Shown here piece after piece: positions 18,959-32,379 of a stretch of 64,000 bases of DNA (position 1 is its first letter; every line of letters begins with the position of its first letter). This DNA comes from the human T2T-CHM13v2.0 reference genome, Homo sapiens. Under the pieces are notes generated by a model. That model did not search any database. It saw only the letters and a list, made by a program, of their open reading frames with translations, and was not told the origin of the DNA. The translations under genes were made by a program, and so were the position numbers. Location of the stretch: NCBI RefSeq assembly GCF_009914755.1, contig NC_060928.1; one strand, given 5' to 3'.

Positions 18959-19395
18959 TGTCACCTGTTCACAGTCTTCCAGCTGTAACCAGTCAAGCTA
19001 TATTTCCCTCTGATTAAACAATTTGTAGAGAGATTAATGACTCATACAGCTTAGTATGTTATCTACTCTCCATAGAGGCGATAGTTTGGGGAAACTCGTG
19101 GAGATATAACACCAGAATCCAGAGAATCTACTCCATTGCAGGAGAGTTTCAGGACCTAACGAACCTTAATAGTCCAGCAAAGGAGATACTTGGATATAAG
19201 CAGAATTATGAATGACTCTGAAATGCCACCAAATATGGTTTCAAATCTAGCTCCGTCATTCATTCACTTAACGAAGTTTATACAGCTAGTAAATGGTAGA
19301 GCGAAAATTTGAAGCCAAATCTGGCTATTTCTGAATCTCACATTTTTTTTCATATTACAAATGTATTAATGTGTTTTTTACATTCTTCCTTTAAA

Positions 19396-19610
19396 ACAAT
19401 GGTTTCAATTGGGGGAAATTCTTCACACCCCTAATCCCACCCCAGAAGACTTTGGCAATGTCTGGGGACAATTTTGGTTGTCTGTGGGATGAACTGGCCT
19501 CTAGCAGGTAGAGACCAGAGATAACGCTAAGTAAACTACAATGCACAGAACATCCCCGGCCATAACTATCTGGCCCAAAATGCCAGTGGTGCTGAGGCTA
19601 AAAATCCTTG
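19396..19610. mobile_element. MER20 hAT-Charlie element
   Basis: tttggcaatgtctggggacaattttggttgtc...ctagcaggtagagaccagagat...tacaatgcacagaaca...tatctggcccaaaatgccagtggtgctgaggct. Confidence 0.9.
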
Positions 19611-20002
19611 CATTAAGTAAAAGAAAATAGACAAATCTTTGAAAGAATGTGTAACTCAAATGTGCAAAGCAAGAAATTAAGTAAAAAATCCCATTTTATA
19701 GAAGATATACATTGGAATATTATGTGGTCATTAATTGTAGACAGATCTATGATGTGAAAAAATTTACAGTATTTTTAAATAGAAAAAATATTCTCCAGAA
19801 ACAGTTGTATAGAGTATTATCCCATTTTGTAAATAAAATACATACATACATGAACATGGGCTCACATATATGCAGGAAAAAAACTGAAACACTATACGCC
19901 AGTAAGTTGGTAGTGTCTACCTCTGAGGGGGAGGGGGATTAAATGATTTTTGTTTTCCTCCTTTTTCCTTGAGATGCAGTTCTACATTAAAAGTTATTTT
20001 TT

Positions 20003-20555
20003 TTCACAATCTATACATCCATCAAAGGACTAATATCTAGACTCTACCAAGAACTCAAACAAATTAGCAAAACAAACAAGCAAACAATCCTATCAAAAAG
20101 TGGGTTAAGGACATGAATAGACAATTCTCAAAAAAAGACACAAATGGCCAAGAAGCATATGGAAAAATACTTAACATCACTAATTATCAGGGAAATGCAA
20201 ATCAAAACCACAATGTGATACCATCTCACTCCTGCAAGAATGGCTATAATAAAAAAATCAAAACATAATAGATGTTGGTGTGGATGTGGTGAAAGTGAAC
20301 ACTTTTACACTGCTGGTGGGAATGTAAACCAGTACAACCACTATGGAAAACAGTGTAGAGATTCCTTAAAGAACTAAAAATTCATCTACCATTTGAACCA
20401 GCAATCCCACTACTAGGTATCTACCCAGAGGAAAAGAAGTCATTATACCAAAAAGATACTTGCACACACATTTATAGCAGCACAATTTGCAATTACAAAA
20501 ATATGGAACAAGCCCAAATGCCCATCAATCAATGAGTGGATAAAGAAAATGTGGC

Positions 20556-20595
<40 letters not shown>

Positions 20596-21089
20596 ATATA
20601 TACATATATATATACATGTATAGATACATATATATACACATATATATACATATATATATACACACACACACATATATATATATACACTACACCATGGAAT
20701 ACTACTTAGCCATAAAAAGGAACAAAATAATGGCACTTAGAGCCACCTGGATGGAATTGCGGACTATTATTCTAAGTACCTCAGGAATGGAAAACCAAAC
20801 ATCGTATGTTCTCACTCATAAGTAGGAGCTAAGTTATGAGGATGCAAAGGCATAAGAATAATACAATGAACTTTGGGGACTCAGGGGAAAGGGTGGGAGG
20901 GGGGTGATGAATAAAAGACTATACATTGCATACAGTGTACACTACTTGGGTGATGGGTGCACCAAAATCTCAGAAATCACCACTAAAGAACTTATTCATG
21001 TAACCAAACACCACCTGTTCCCCAAAAAAACTATTGAAAACTCTTTAGTTTAATTAGGTCCCAGCTATTGAAATAAAAAATAAATTTTA
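20003..21089 (+). mobile_element. L1PB 3' fragment with internal (TA/TG/CA)n expansion
   Basis: L1PB-type 3'UTR (gatgcaaaggcataagaat, caccaaaatctcagaaatcaccactaaagaactt); TSD aaaagttattt at 19989-19999 and 21090-21100. Confidence 0.92.
20556..20686. repeat. Compound (TA)n(TG)n(TA/CA)n microsatellite inside L1PB
   Basis: Direct reading. Confidence 0.95.
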
Positions 21090-21903
21090 AAAAGTTATTT
21101 GTTTTTATATTTTAAAATGACTCTAAATGACCTCAGTAGATTCAGATTGGCTCACACTTGCTTGTCTTACTTCACCCACCTACACATTCAAGAAAAGAAG
21201 CATTGTTTTATTAAAATAAGCTCAGAAAGTGACTCTCTGTTTATGAGGTCCTGGTGCATGCTTGAAAAAATTAATTACATGATCTTATCTCCCCAAAGCC
21301 CCCTCGTTTCTGACTCAGGTGAGTTCTGGTGACATCCCCACACCATCCTTTTCTTCCAGCTATAGAGTCAGTTATTCTTGTTAAGAACTTCTGAATAAAC
21401 CTTAGATGAATGAGACATTATTCACAGCTCAAACTACACAACCTCTATTACTTAACTGATGAGAGGGAAGAAGAATTTTAGAACTTACATTCTTAATCTA
21501 AACATTAAAACTAAATCATTATTGGAAAAACAATTCTGTCCCTAATTAATAAAAATACTCAGAATTAATCCTCATATCCTTTTTATTACAGATTCATTTC
21601 TTTCATCAGGCAAAATATTATTATTTTTATTAGTCTTCATTCTATTCCTAACAGAGCCACAACAAAAAAGGACTTGATCTTCATTTGAAATAATAATGAC
21701 AAAGACAGGTCAGTCCAGGACTACTCTTCTTCAAGTACTAGGAGACAAAATCCCTTGCTATAGTTACATAATTTTTTAAAAATATAAAGAACCAAAGGAG
21801 TTTATAACAGACTTGAGTTTTTTTGTGGGGGTTGTGAGGGGGTGCTTTGTTTGTTTGTTCATGTTTGTTTTCCATAGAAGACATCAATTATCATTACTTC
21901 TTT

Positions 21904-24900
21904 CTTTTCTGCTTTTTAATATATCTGCATTTATTTTAATATTTTATTTTATTTTTCCACAAGTTGTTGGGGTATGGGTGGTATTTGATTACGTGAGTAA
22001 GTTCTTTAGCGGTAATTTCTGAGATTTTGGTGCACCCATCACCCAAGCAGTATACACTGCACCATATTTGTAGTCTTTTATCCCTCACCCCCCTCCCACT
22101 CTTCCCCCCAAGTCCCCACAGTCCACTGTATCATTCTTATGCCTTTGCATCTTCATAGCTTAGCTCCCACATATCAGTAAGAACATATGATGTTTGGTTT
22201 TCCATTCCTGAGTTACTTCACTCCAAACTTATCCAGATCACTTCAAATGCTGTTAATTCATTCCTTTTTATGGCTGCATAGTATTCCATCATATATGCAC
22301 CACAGCTTCTTTATCCACTCATTGATTGATGGGCATTTGGGTTGGTTCCACGATTTTGTAATTGAGAGTTGTGCTGCTATAAACATGCATGTGCAAGTGT
22401 CTTTTTCAAATAATGACTTCTTTTCCTTTGGGTAGATACCCAGTAGTGGGATTGCTGGATCAAATGGTAGTTCTACTTTTAATTCTTTAAGGAATCTCCA
22501 CACTGTTTTCCATAGCGGCTGTTCTAGTTTACATTCCCACCAGCAGTGCAGAAGTGTTCCCTGTTCACCCCATCCACACCAACATCAATTGTTATCAATT
22601 GTTTTTTGAATTTTTGATTATGGCCATTCTTGCAGGAGTGAGGTGGTATCGCATTGTGGTTTTGATTTGCATTTCCCTGATCATTAGGGATGTTGAGCAT
22701 TTTTTCATATATTTGTTGGCCATTTGTATATTTTCTTTTGAGAATTGTCTATACATGTCCTTAGCCCACTTTTTAATGGGATTGCTTGTTTTTTCCTTAC
22801 TGATTTGTTTGATTTTGTTGTACATTCTGGATATTAGTCCTTTGTCAGATGTATAGATTGTGAAGATTTTCTCCCATTCTGTGGGTTGTCTATTTACTCT
22901 GCTGACTGTTCCTTTTGCCATGCAAAAGCTCTTTTGTTTAATTAGGTCCCAGCTATTTATCTTTGTTTTTATTGCATTTGCTTTTGGGTTCTTGGTCATG
23001 AAAACCTTACCTAAGCCAACGTCTAGAAGGGTTTTTCCAATGTTATATTCTAGAATTTTTATAGTTTCAAGTCTTAGATTTAAGTCCTTAATCCATCTTT
23101 AGTTTATTTTTGTATAAGGTAAGAGATGAGGATCCCATTTCATTCTCCTACATGTGGCTAGCCAATTACCCCAGCACCATTTGTTGAAAAGGGTGTCCTT
23201 TCCCCCACTTTATGTTTTTGTTTGCTTTGTCAAAGATCAGTTGGCTGTAAGTATTTGGGTTGATTTCTGGGTTCTCCATTCTGTTTCATTGGACTATCTG
23301 CCTATTTTTGTACTAGTATCACGCTGTTTTGGAGACTATGGCCTTATAGTATAGTTTGAAATCAGGTAGTGTGATGCCTCCAGAATTGTTCTTTTTGCTT
23401 TGTCTTGCTTTGGCTATACAGGCTCTTTTTTGGTTCCATCTGAATTTTAAAATTGTTTTTTCTTTTTCTTTCTTCTTCTTTTTTTTTTTTGAGATGGAGT
23501 ATCACTCCATCACACAGGCTGGAGTGCAGTGGCACAACCTCAGCTCACTGCAACCTCTGCCTCCCAGGTTCAAGCAATTCTCTGCCTCAGCCTCCCAAGT
23601 AGCTGGGATTACAGGCACCCACCACCATGCCCAGCTAATTTTTGTATCTTTAGTAGAGATGGGGTTTCTCAATCTTGGCCAGCCTGAACTCCTGACATCG
23701 TGATCCACCCACCTCAGCCTCCCAAAGTGCTGGGATTACAGGCGTGAGCCACCGCGCCTGGCCTAGAATTGTTTTTTCTAATTCTGTGAAGAATTATGGT
23801 GGTATTTTCATGGGGGATTTCATTGAATTTGTAGATTGCTTTTGGCAGTATGGTTATTTTCACAATATTGATTCTACCTATCCATGAGCATGGGATGTGT
23901 TTCCATTTGTTCATGTCATCTATGATTTCTTTCAGCAGTGTTTTTTAGTTTTCTTTGTAGAGGTCTTTCTATTTCTTGGTTTGGTATATTCCTATTTTAT
24001 TTTATTTTATTTTTTGCAGCTATTGTAAAATGGGTAGAGTTCTTGATTTGATTCCCTGCTTGGTTGCTGTTGGTGTATAGAAGAGCTACTGATTTGTATA
24101 TATTAATCTTGTAACCAGAAACTTTGCTGAATTTTTTTTTATCAGTTCTAGGCACTTTCTGGAGGAATCCTTAGGGTTTTCAAGGTAAACGATCATATCG
24201 TCAGCAAACAGTGGCAGTTTGACTTCCTCTTTACCAATGTGGATGCCCTTTATTTCATTCTCTTGTCTGATTGCCCTGGCTAGGACTTCCAGTACTATGT
24301 TGAAGAGGAGTGGTGAGAGTGGACATCCTTGTCTTGTTCCAGTTCTCAGAGGGAATGATTTCAATTTTTCCCCATTCAGTATTATGTTGGCTGTGGGTTT
24401 GTCATAGATGGCTTTTATTACATTGAGGTATGCCCCTTGTATGCCGATTTTGCTGAGAGTTTTAATCATAAAGTGATGCTGGATTTTGTCAAATGCTTTT
24501 TCTGCATCTATTGAGATGATCATGTGATTTTTGTTTTTAATTCTGTTTATGTGGTGTATCACATTTATTGACCTGTGTATGTTAAACCATCCCTGCATCT
24601 GTGATATGAAACCCACTTGATCATGGTGGATTATCTTTTTGATATGTTGTTGGATTTGGTTAGCTAGTATTTTGTTAAGGATGTTAGCCTCTATGTTCAT
24701 CATGGATATTGGTCTGTAGTTTTCTTTTTTGGTTTTGTCCTTTCCTAGTTTTGGTATTAGGGTGATGCTGGCTTCATAGAATGAATTAGGGAGGGTTCCT
24801 TCCTTCTCTGTCTTGTGGAATAGGGTCAAAAGGATTGGTACCAATTCTTCTTTGAATATCTGGTAGAATTCTGCTGTGAATCTGTCTGGTCCTGGACTTT

Positions 24901-27900
24901 TGTTGTTGTTGGCAATTTTTTAATTACTATTTCAATCTTGCTACTTGTTACTGGTCTGTTCAGGATATCTAATTCTTCCTGATTTAAGCTAGGAGGGTTG
25001 TATTCTTTCAGGAATTTATCCATCTCTTCTAGGTTTTCTAGTTTATGTGCATAAAGGTGTTCATAGTAGCCTTGAATGACTGTTTGTATTTCAGTGGTGT
25101 CAATTGTAATTCTTCTGTTTCATTTCTTAGTGAGGTTATTTGGATTTTCTCTCTTCTTTTCTTGGTTAATCTTGCCAATGGTCTATCAACTTTATTTATC
25201 TTTCCAAAGAACCAGCTTTTTTTTTGTTTCATTTATCTTTTGTATTTTTTTTTGTTGTTGTTTCAATTTCATGTAGTTCTGCTCTTATCTTGGTAATTTC
25301 CTTTCTTCTGCTAGATTTGGGTTTGGTTTCTTCTTGTTTCTCTAGTTCCTTGAAGTGTGACCTTAGATTATCTGTTTGTGCTCTTTCAGTCTTTTTGATG
25401 TAGGTGTTTAGGGCTATGAAATTTCCTCTTAGCACCACCTTTGCTGAATCCCAGAGGTTTAGATAGGTTGTGTCATTGTTGTCATTCAGTTCAAAGAATT
25501 TTTAAATTTCCATCTTGATTTCATTTTTGACCCAATGCTCATTCAGGAGCAGGTTATTTAATTTCCATGTATTTCCATGGCTTTGAAGGTTCCTTTTGGA
25601 GTTGATTTCCAGTTTTATTCCACTGTGATCTGAGAGAGTGCTTGATATAATTTCAATTTTCTTTAATTTATTGGGGCTCATCTTATGGCGTATCATGTGG
25701 TCTATCTCGGAGAAAGTTCCATGTGCTGTTGAATAAAATGTGTATTCTGCAGTTGTTGGATGAAATGTTCTGTATACATCTGTTAAGTCCATTTGGTCCA
25801 AGGTATAGTTTAAAACCATTGTTTCTTTGTTGACTTTCTGTCTTGATGACCTGTCTAGTGCTGTCAGTGGAGTATTGAAGTCTCCCACTATTATTATGTT
25901 GCTATGTCATTTCTTAGGCCTATTAGTAATTGTTTTATAAATTTGGGAGCCCCAGTGTTAGGTGAATGTATGTTTAGTATTGTGATATTTTCCTGTTGGA
26001 CAAGCTCTTTTACCATTATAAAATGTCCCTCTTTCAACTGCTGTTGCTTTAAAGTTTGTTTTGTGTGATATAAGAATAGCTACCCCTGCTCGCTTTTGGT
26101 GTCCATTTGCATGAAATGCCTTTTTCCACCCCTTTACTTTAAGTTTATATGAGTCCTTATGTGCTAGATGAGTCTCCTGAAGGCAACAGATGGTTGGTTG
26201 GTGAGTTCTTATCCATTCTGCAGTTCTGTATCTTTTAAGTGGAGCATTTAGGCCATTTACATTCAATATTAGTATTGAAGTGTGAGGTACCGTTGCATTC
26301 ATCATGCTCTTTGTTGCATGGGTACTTTGTTTTTTTTGTTTTTTGCTTTTACTTTTTAACTTGTATTTTTGTTTCATAGGTCCCGTGTGATTTATACTTT
26401 AAAGAAGTTTTCATGTGTTTCCAGGATTTGTTTCAAGATTTAGAACTCCTTTTAGCAGTTCTTGTAGTGCTGGCTTGGTAATGGTGAATTCTCTCAGCAT
26501 TTTGTTTGTCTGAAAAAGACTGTATCTTTCCTCCATATATGATGCTTAGTTTCACTGGATACAAAATTCTTGGCTGACAATTGTTTTGTTCAAGGAGGCT
26601 GAAGATAGGACCCCAATCCCTTTTAGCCTGTAGGAGTTCTGCTGAGAAATCTGCTGTTAATCAGATAGGTTTTCTTTTATAGGTTACCTAGTGCTGTCTC
26701 ACAGCTCTTAGGATTCTTTCCTTTGTCTTGACTTTGGATAACCTGATGACAATCTGCCTAGGTGAAGATATTTTTGCGATGAATTTCCCAAGTGTTCTTT
26801 GTGCTTCTTGTATTTGGATGTCTAGGTCTCCATCAAGGCCAGGGCAGTTTTCCTCATTTATTCCCCCAAATGTGTTTTCCAAGCTTTTAGAATTCTCTTC
26901 CTCCTCAGGAACACCAATTATTCCTAGGTTTGGTAATTTACCATAATGCCAGACTTCTTGGAGGTTTTGTTCATATTTTCTTATTCTTTTTTCTCTTTAT
27001 TGGATTGGGGTAATTCAAAGACTTTGTCTTTGAGCTCTGAATTTCTTCTTCTACTTGTTCAATTCTATTGCTGAGACTTTCCAGAACATTTTGCATTTCT
27101 AAATGTGTGTCCAAAGTTTCCTGAATTTTTTGTTTTTTCTTTAAGCTATCTATTTCCTTAAATATTTCTCCCTTTACTTCTTGTATCACTTTTTGGATTT
27201 CCTTGCATTGGGCTTTGCCTTTCTCTGGTCCCTACCTGATTAGCTTAATAACTAACCTCCTGAATTCTTTCAGGTAAATCAGAGATTTCTTCTTGGTTTG
27301 GATTCATTGCTGGTGAACTTGTATGATTTTTTGGGGGGTGTTGAAGAGCCTTGTTTTGTTACAATACCAGGGTTAGTTTTCTGGTTCCTTCTCATTTGGG
27401 TAGGCTCTGTCAGAGGGAAGGTCTAAGGCTGAAGGCTGTTCAGATTCTTTTGTCCCACGTAGTATTCCCTTGAAGTAGTACTCTCCACCTTTTCCTATGA
27501 ATGTGGCTTCCTGTGTGGCAAACTGCAGTGATTGTTGTCTCTCTTCTGAGTCTGGCCAGCCAGCAAGTTTACCCAGCTCTGGGCTGGTACTGGGGGTTGC
27601 CTGTACAGAGTCCTGGGATGTGAACCATCTACGGGTCTCTCAGCTGTGGATACCAGTGCCTGTTCTGGTGGAGGTGGCAGAGGGTTGCAATGGACTCCCT
27701 GAGGGTTCTTAGCTTTGATGGTTTAATGCACTGTTTTTGTGCTGGTTGGCCTCCTGCTAGGAGGTGGCGCTTTCCAGAGAGCATCAGCTGTGGTATTATG
27801 GGGAGGAACCGGTGGTGGGCAGGGCCCTAGAACTCCCAAGTTCTTTGTTTTCTGCCACCAGGATGGCAGAAACACCCTTTGTTTTCTGCTACCAGGGTGG

Positions 27901-28770
27901 ATAGGGAAGGACCATCAGTTGGGGGCGGGGCTAGGTGTGTCTGAGCTCAGACTCTCCTTGAGTGGGTCTTGCTGCAGCTGTTGTGAGGAATGGGGTGAGA
28001 TTCCCAGGTCACTGGAGTTATGTACCTAGGAGGATTATGGCTGCCTCTGCTGAGTCATGCAGGTTGTCAGGGAAGTGGGGAAAAGCCAGCAGTTACAGGC
28101 CTCACCCAGCTCCAAAGTAAACTGAAGGGCTAGTCTCATTTCCACCGTGACCCAACCCAACAGCCCCCAGTGCATTTCAAGGTGGAGAGCAATAGGGGTT
28201 TGAAAACCTGCCCCAGGCTACCTGCCACTCAGCTGCGAAAGAAAAGGGCTTAGTTCTTCCCGGCTCGCCCCCCTACCACCTGCATGTGGAGTCTGCACAC
28301 CAGATTTGCACCCTCCCAAGTTCTGGCCAGGAGGCTTCTCACCCCGTTCAAATTGTTGCAAAGTTCAGCTAGAGATTTGTTTCTCCCTGTGTAGTTTTAC
28401 CCCCTGCTCCTCTCCCGATGGAGCCCTGTGGTGTCAGGCAGGAATGGGCTGCTAGGGGACCCGGCAAGCTCCCAGGGCCTTTCTGCTTCTTCCTCTACTC
28501 CTGTATTTCACTTGGCTCTCCAAATTGACTCAGCTCCAGGTTAAGTCAGAAACTTCTCCCGCAAACAGACCTTCAGCTTCTCCAGTGGGGGTGTGTGTTT
28601 GGGAGAGGAGGGTCTCCCTTTCCCACTTCTGCAGTTGGGGCACTCAGAGTTTTGGTTGGGGGGAGGGGGTCTCCCGAGTCCTGAAGGAGCAGTCTCCTTC
28701 CTTCAGAGGGTCTGTGGGTCCTCTCGAGATTGCTGGTTTGCTCTTGCAGTCGATTTGGGGCTACAATTCC
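21904..28770 (-). mobile_element. Nearly full-length L1PB (L1PB1/L1PBa-type 5' region), decayed
   Basis: Minus-strand ORF1 remnants (26688-27189), endonuclease (ILNVNGLNAP...CCLQETH; GDFNTPL; SDHSGIKLE), RT (24086-24844) and 3'UTR; TSD caatt(a/g)tcattacttcttt at 21885-21903 and 28771-28789. Confidence 0.93.
23462..23763 (-). mobile_element. AluS inserted into L1PB ORF2
   Basis: Antisense Alu with small internal deletions; TSD approx. aattgttttttct on both sides. Confidence 0.95.
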
Positions 28771-31636
28771 CAATTGTCATTACTTCTTTAAGCTGACCTA
28801 CATCTATTGAATCACTAGAAAACCTTCTTCTGTTCTTCAGAGAAAATCCTTTTTTGGGGGCAAAGGAAACAGTTTTCAGTAACTGAGTATTAGGTATCCC
28901 AGACTATCAGAAAAGCATTTCCTATAATTTATCTCCTCTCTTCTCAGTATTTGTTCCTACTGGAGAGATTTTTCTGTAAAATTTACACAAGAAAATAGAA
29001 TGGCGTCTCAAATTAAATTATACCCCAAAGAGTTATATCCCCTTTCCACAGATTGAGCATTCAACCCACATTACCTCCTCAAGACCCTACTTCTAAACAT
29101 GTTCTCTTCTTTTCTCCAGTTATTGAACACCTCAAAAGGAAAGGTGTGTGTATACCTCTGTGTGAGTATGTGTGTATGAATGTGTTTCTGTGTTGAGGTG
29201 TGTCTGTGTATATTTGTTTTATTCCAAATGAGTTAAGAAAGACATTTGCTGAATATCTCAAAATTGGGGCTGGCAAATAATAGACGCTTCATGAATAGGT
29301 GTTAAGTGAATAACCAGTGAATGAACAAGGTCTATAATCTTTTTAATAAAATTTAAATGTACTAAATTGCCCTTCTTATTGATAAGCTCATACTCTTATC
29401 AAGGATCAAGAGAGAGAACTGGCATCACCAACAGCTCTTCCTGAAAATTCACACCATTTATTTCAATAAATACATTGATAGCTTGAATTGGTGCCATTCT
29501 TTTCCATTAAGGTGTCAATGTATTTGGTGTGTTTTAATTCCTTGGTAGAAGGAATTAAGTTTTTAAAAATCTGGCTCATTGATAAATTAGTCTGTTAATA
29601 CTTTATTTTGATTATAAGATATTAAGGATTCTATTTAACCTTAGAAAAATGTTACTTTTAGCCTAACAAAATAAGATTAAAATGGAACAGAGATGATACA
29701 TGTCACTTTTAAATGATGCGAATAATCTATTCCTGGGCTAGAGACCCAAGTTACTTTCTGTTCCAATATCTTTCATGTGTAATAAAATGGCACAACCATC
29801 TCCATCCTACTATTTCAGGAAATTTTATTCACAAAAGGCAATGAACAACTGCTCATTGCAAATAATATGAAATAAGAATAAAGAAATTGCAAATATTCCA
29901 TCAATTTCAAATGGCATGGCCTTTAGCTATCCAAATATCAGAAGAAGTAACAATAATACAATTCATTTTAAACTACATTATTAGCTAAAATTATTGGTAA
30001 GGAAAACTAGGAAAAGGAAATCAGTTACCCAGGTATAAAATTCAATGTAAATGTTAGACATATAAATTAAAATAAGGATGTGATTTCAAAACCAGTAGAG
30101 AAAAGATAAGTTGAGAGCATAATAGAGATTTATATTTTCTATGGTCAGTTTTTGTCTCTAAACCAAAACTGAATAGTTTATATTCAAAATTTTTGATAAC
30201 TTTTATACTTTTTTATAAAAATGTTTATACTTTTGTATATACAAGAATTGATAAGGTTAGAAAGTTGAAATATATTTGAATTGCCTGTTGTGCATACACT
30301 AAAACCAGATTTTTAATTTTCCAAAATCAAAATTTCTCAAGTACTGGAAATACTTCCTTATTATTCAAACTAATTCTCACCATTATTACTAAGGCTTTTT
30401 AAAAATCTGGTTTACAAACATGCTTCTATATTAATGCCAGTAACTTTGGCTGAATCACTTTTAAAAACTGAGTCATTCCCTGGAAAGAGAGTGATAGTGT
30501 AATACATCCACATAGAAAATTATTTCTACCATTCTCTCTGATCCTTTCTGCAGTATCATGGTTGGGACCTCCAGCTGATCAATTCTTCCACCAGTTTGCA
30601 AGTCAGCCCCTTCTGCAAAGGGCTCCCCTCTAGTTCTAACCTGTGAGTAATCTCTAAATGGCATCAAAAATCAAAAGGAGGTGCTGATATGAACCAATTA
30701 CTTAAGACCTCAGACCTTTGTTCAATGATGAATTACTTTCTGTCAGACAATAATTTGTCTAATATGCTGTTCATCAAAAATATATCTTACATCTCCTACA
30801 TATTCTTATATCTCTGAAATTATGTTATTTATCTTATTCTGTCCATTTATTTTCATAGGCCTAGGATTAAAGCTGTTTTCCCCCTGTATGGACAAGCATG
30901 TCGTCTGTAATGAAGGCTATGTAGGGTGTCCTTGGAGACATTTTTGTCTGCTACATATCTTGTTTTAGACATCCATTCTGTAATCTGTCCTGCTGACATT
31001 CCTGTGTTGACAGAGCATCAACCCATTGAGGAAATTAAATTATCCCTCCATGGACAAGCATCTCTGCCTGAAACTCTGGAAACCAAATCACGGAACACCA
31101 AGAATCGTTTCACATGCCTTCTATGACATACAAAATCAAGCATTTATTTCTACTCTTATTATGATTGAGAAGTGCCCTTCACCTGGTCAATGCCAGTTAG
31201 CTGCAATTAAACTACAGTCTTTTGTGACATGTGACATGTTTCTGAATGAAAAGAAAATCATATCATAAGCCTACTTCTCAGCTGTGACATGCTACCTAGG
31301 CTCTGGTATGCCTCAAGTTAGAAAATATGCCTTTCCCTTCACAAAAAGAAATGCCATATTATCACAAAGGTTGTGGCCCCTGTGGGCTTGCTCACTCATG
31401 GTAATTCTGAATCAGTAACAACAAAGGGAAGAATTACCTGTTTTAAAGTCATATTTTATTAAAATATATCTTTGCTTTTATTTATCTAACAGCAACTTAT
31501 TCCATGCTGGAATAATTTAAAACAACTGCTATTCCTTCAACTACTTTGTGATATTTTCTTTTCAAATCTCAGCTAACATGTCCTTGAGATGAACAGCTAG
31601 CTATGGCTATATTCAGACTGTGAACTGAATGTCTCA

Positions 31637-31814
31637 AGCAGCGATTCTCAAACTTGTCTTCACATTGGAATCACCTGAGATTTCAAAAATATATTAATGC
31701 CTATATTCTACCCCAGAGATTGTAAATTAATTGGTCCCAGTGTGTCCAGGGCTCAGAAATTTTTGCTAGGCCTACAGATGACTTTAACGTGCAACTAAGT
31801 TTGAGAACTACTGG
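31637..31814. mobile_element. MER5-type MITE
   Basis: gcagcgattctcaaactt...cacattggaatcacctg...ccccagagatt...aagtttgagaactactg. Confidence 0.8.
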
Positions 31815-31934
31815 CCTATAGAAATATTAATTACCATATCACTATGTGAGCATTAGCTAAATACTTACAGCATCCCATTTTTATTTAACGTCATCATGAA
31901 TGCTATTCAAGCCACTTAACATTACTAATATTTG

Positions 31935-32152
31935 TTACCACATATTAAATTGACAGGCACTTTCCTGATACTCTATGCAACCCTCTCAACATTCCTATAA
32001 GATAGGTATTATTATTCTCACCTCACAAATAAGAAAACTGAAGGTTGGAAAGTTTGTAATTTTTACCCAAAGCCACCCACTAATAAATGGTGGAGCTAGT
32101 ATTTGAATCCGAGTCTCTTAGACTCTAAAAGACCTGCTATTTCCACTACATC
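31935..32152 (-). mobile_element. MIR
   Basis: ataggtattattattctcacctcacaaataagaaaactgaagg...taaatggtggagctagtatttgaatcc. Confidence 0.75.
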
Positions 32153-32156
32153 ATAC

Positions 32157-32379
32157 ATTTTCAACAGGGGTGATACCACTTCCAAGTAAGTGAAAATTAG
32201 TTCTCAGAAGTCAAAAAATTCTTAGATTACATCATGGTTTGTGAATCTTCAAAGCCCAACTCTGCCTGAAAAAATCTTATTCCTTAATATTTAATTATCT
32301 CATTAGGGGTAATTTAAATTAAATTTTATTTTCTTACTGAAGGGGACAATAATGAAAAAAAAAGTGTAAGAAACACTGC
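32157..32379. mobile_element. hAT-Charlie-like MER, subfamily not assigned
   Basis: Ends tttcaacaggggtgat... and ggggacaataatgaaaaaaaaagtgtaagaaacactg resemble Charlie-type termini. Confidence 0.5.

Noticed and set aside
30888-31060. 12-mer atggacaagcat repeated about 160 bp apart, vaguely like a p53 half-site
   Set aside because: Flanks do not extend the match and no full p53 site is formed.
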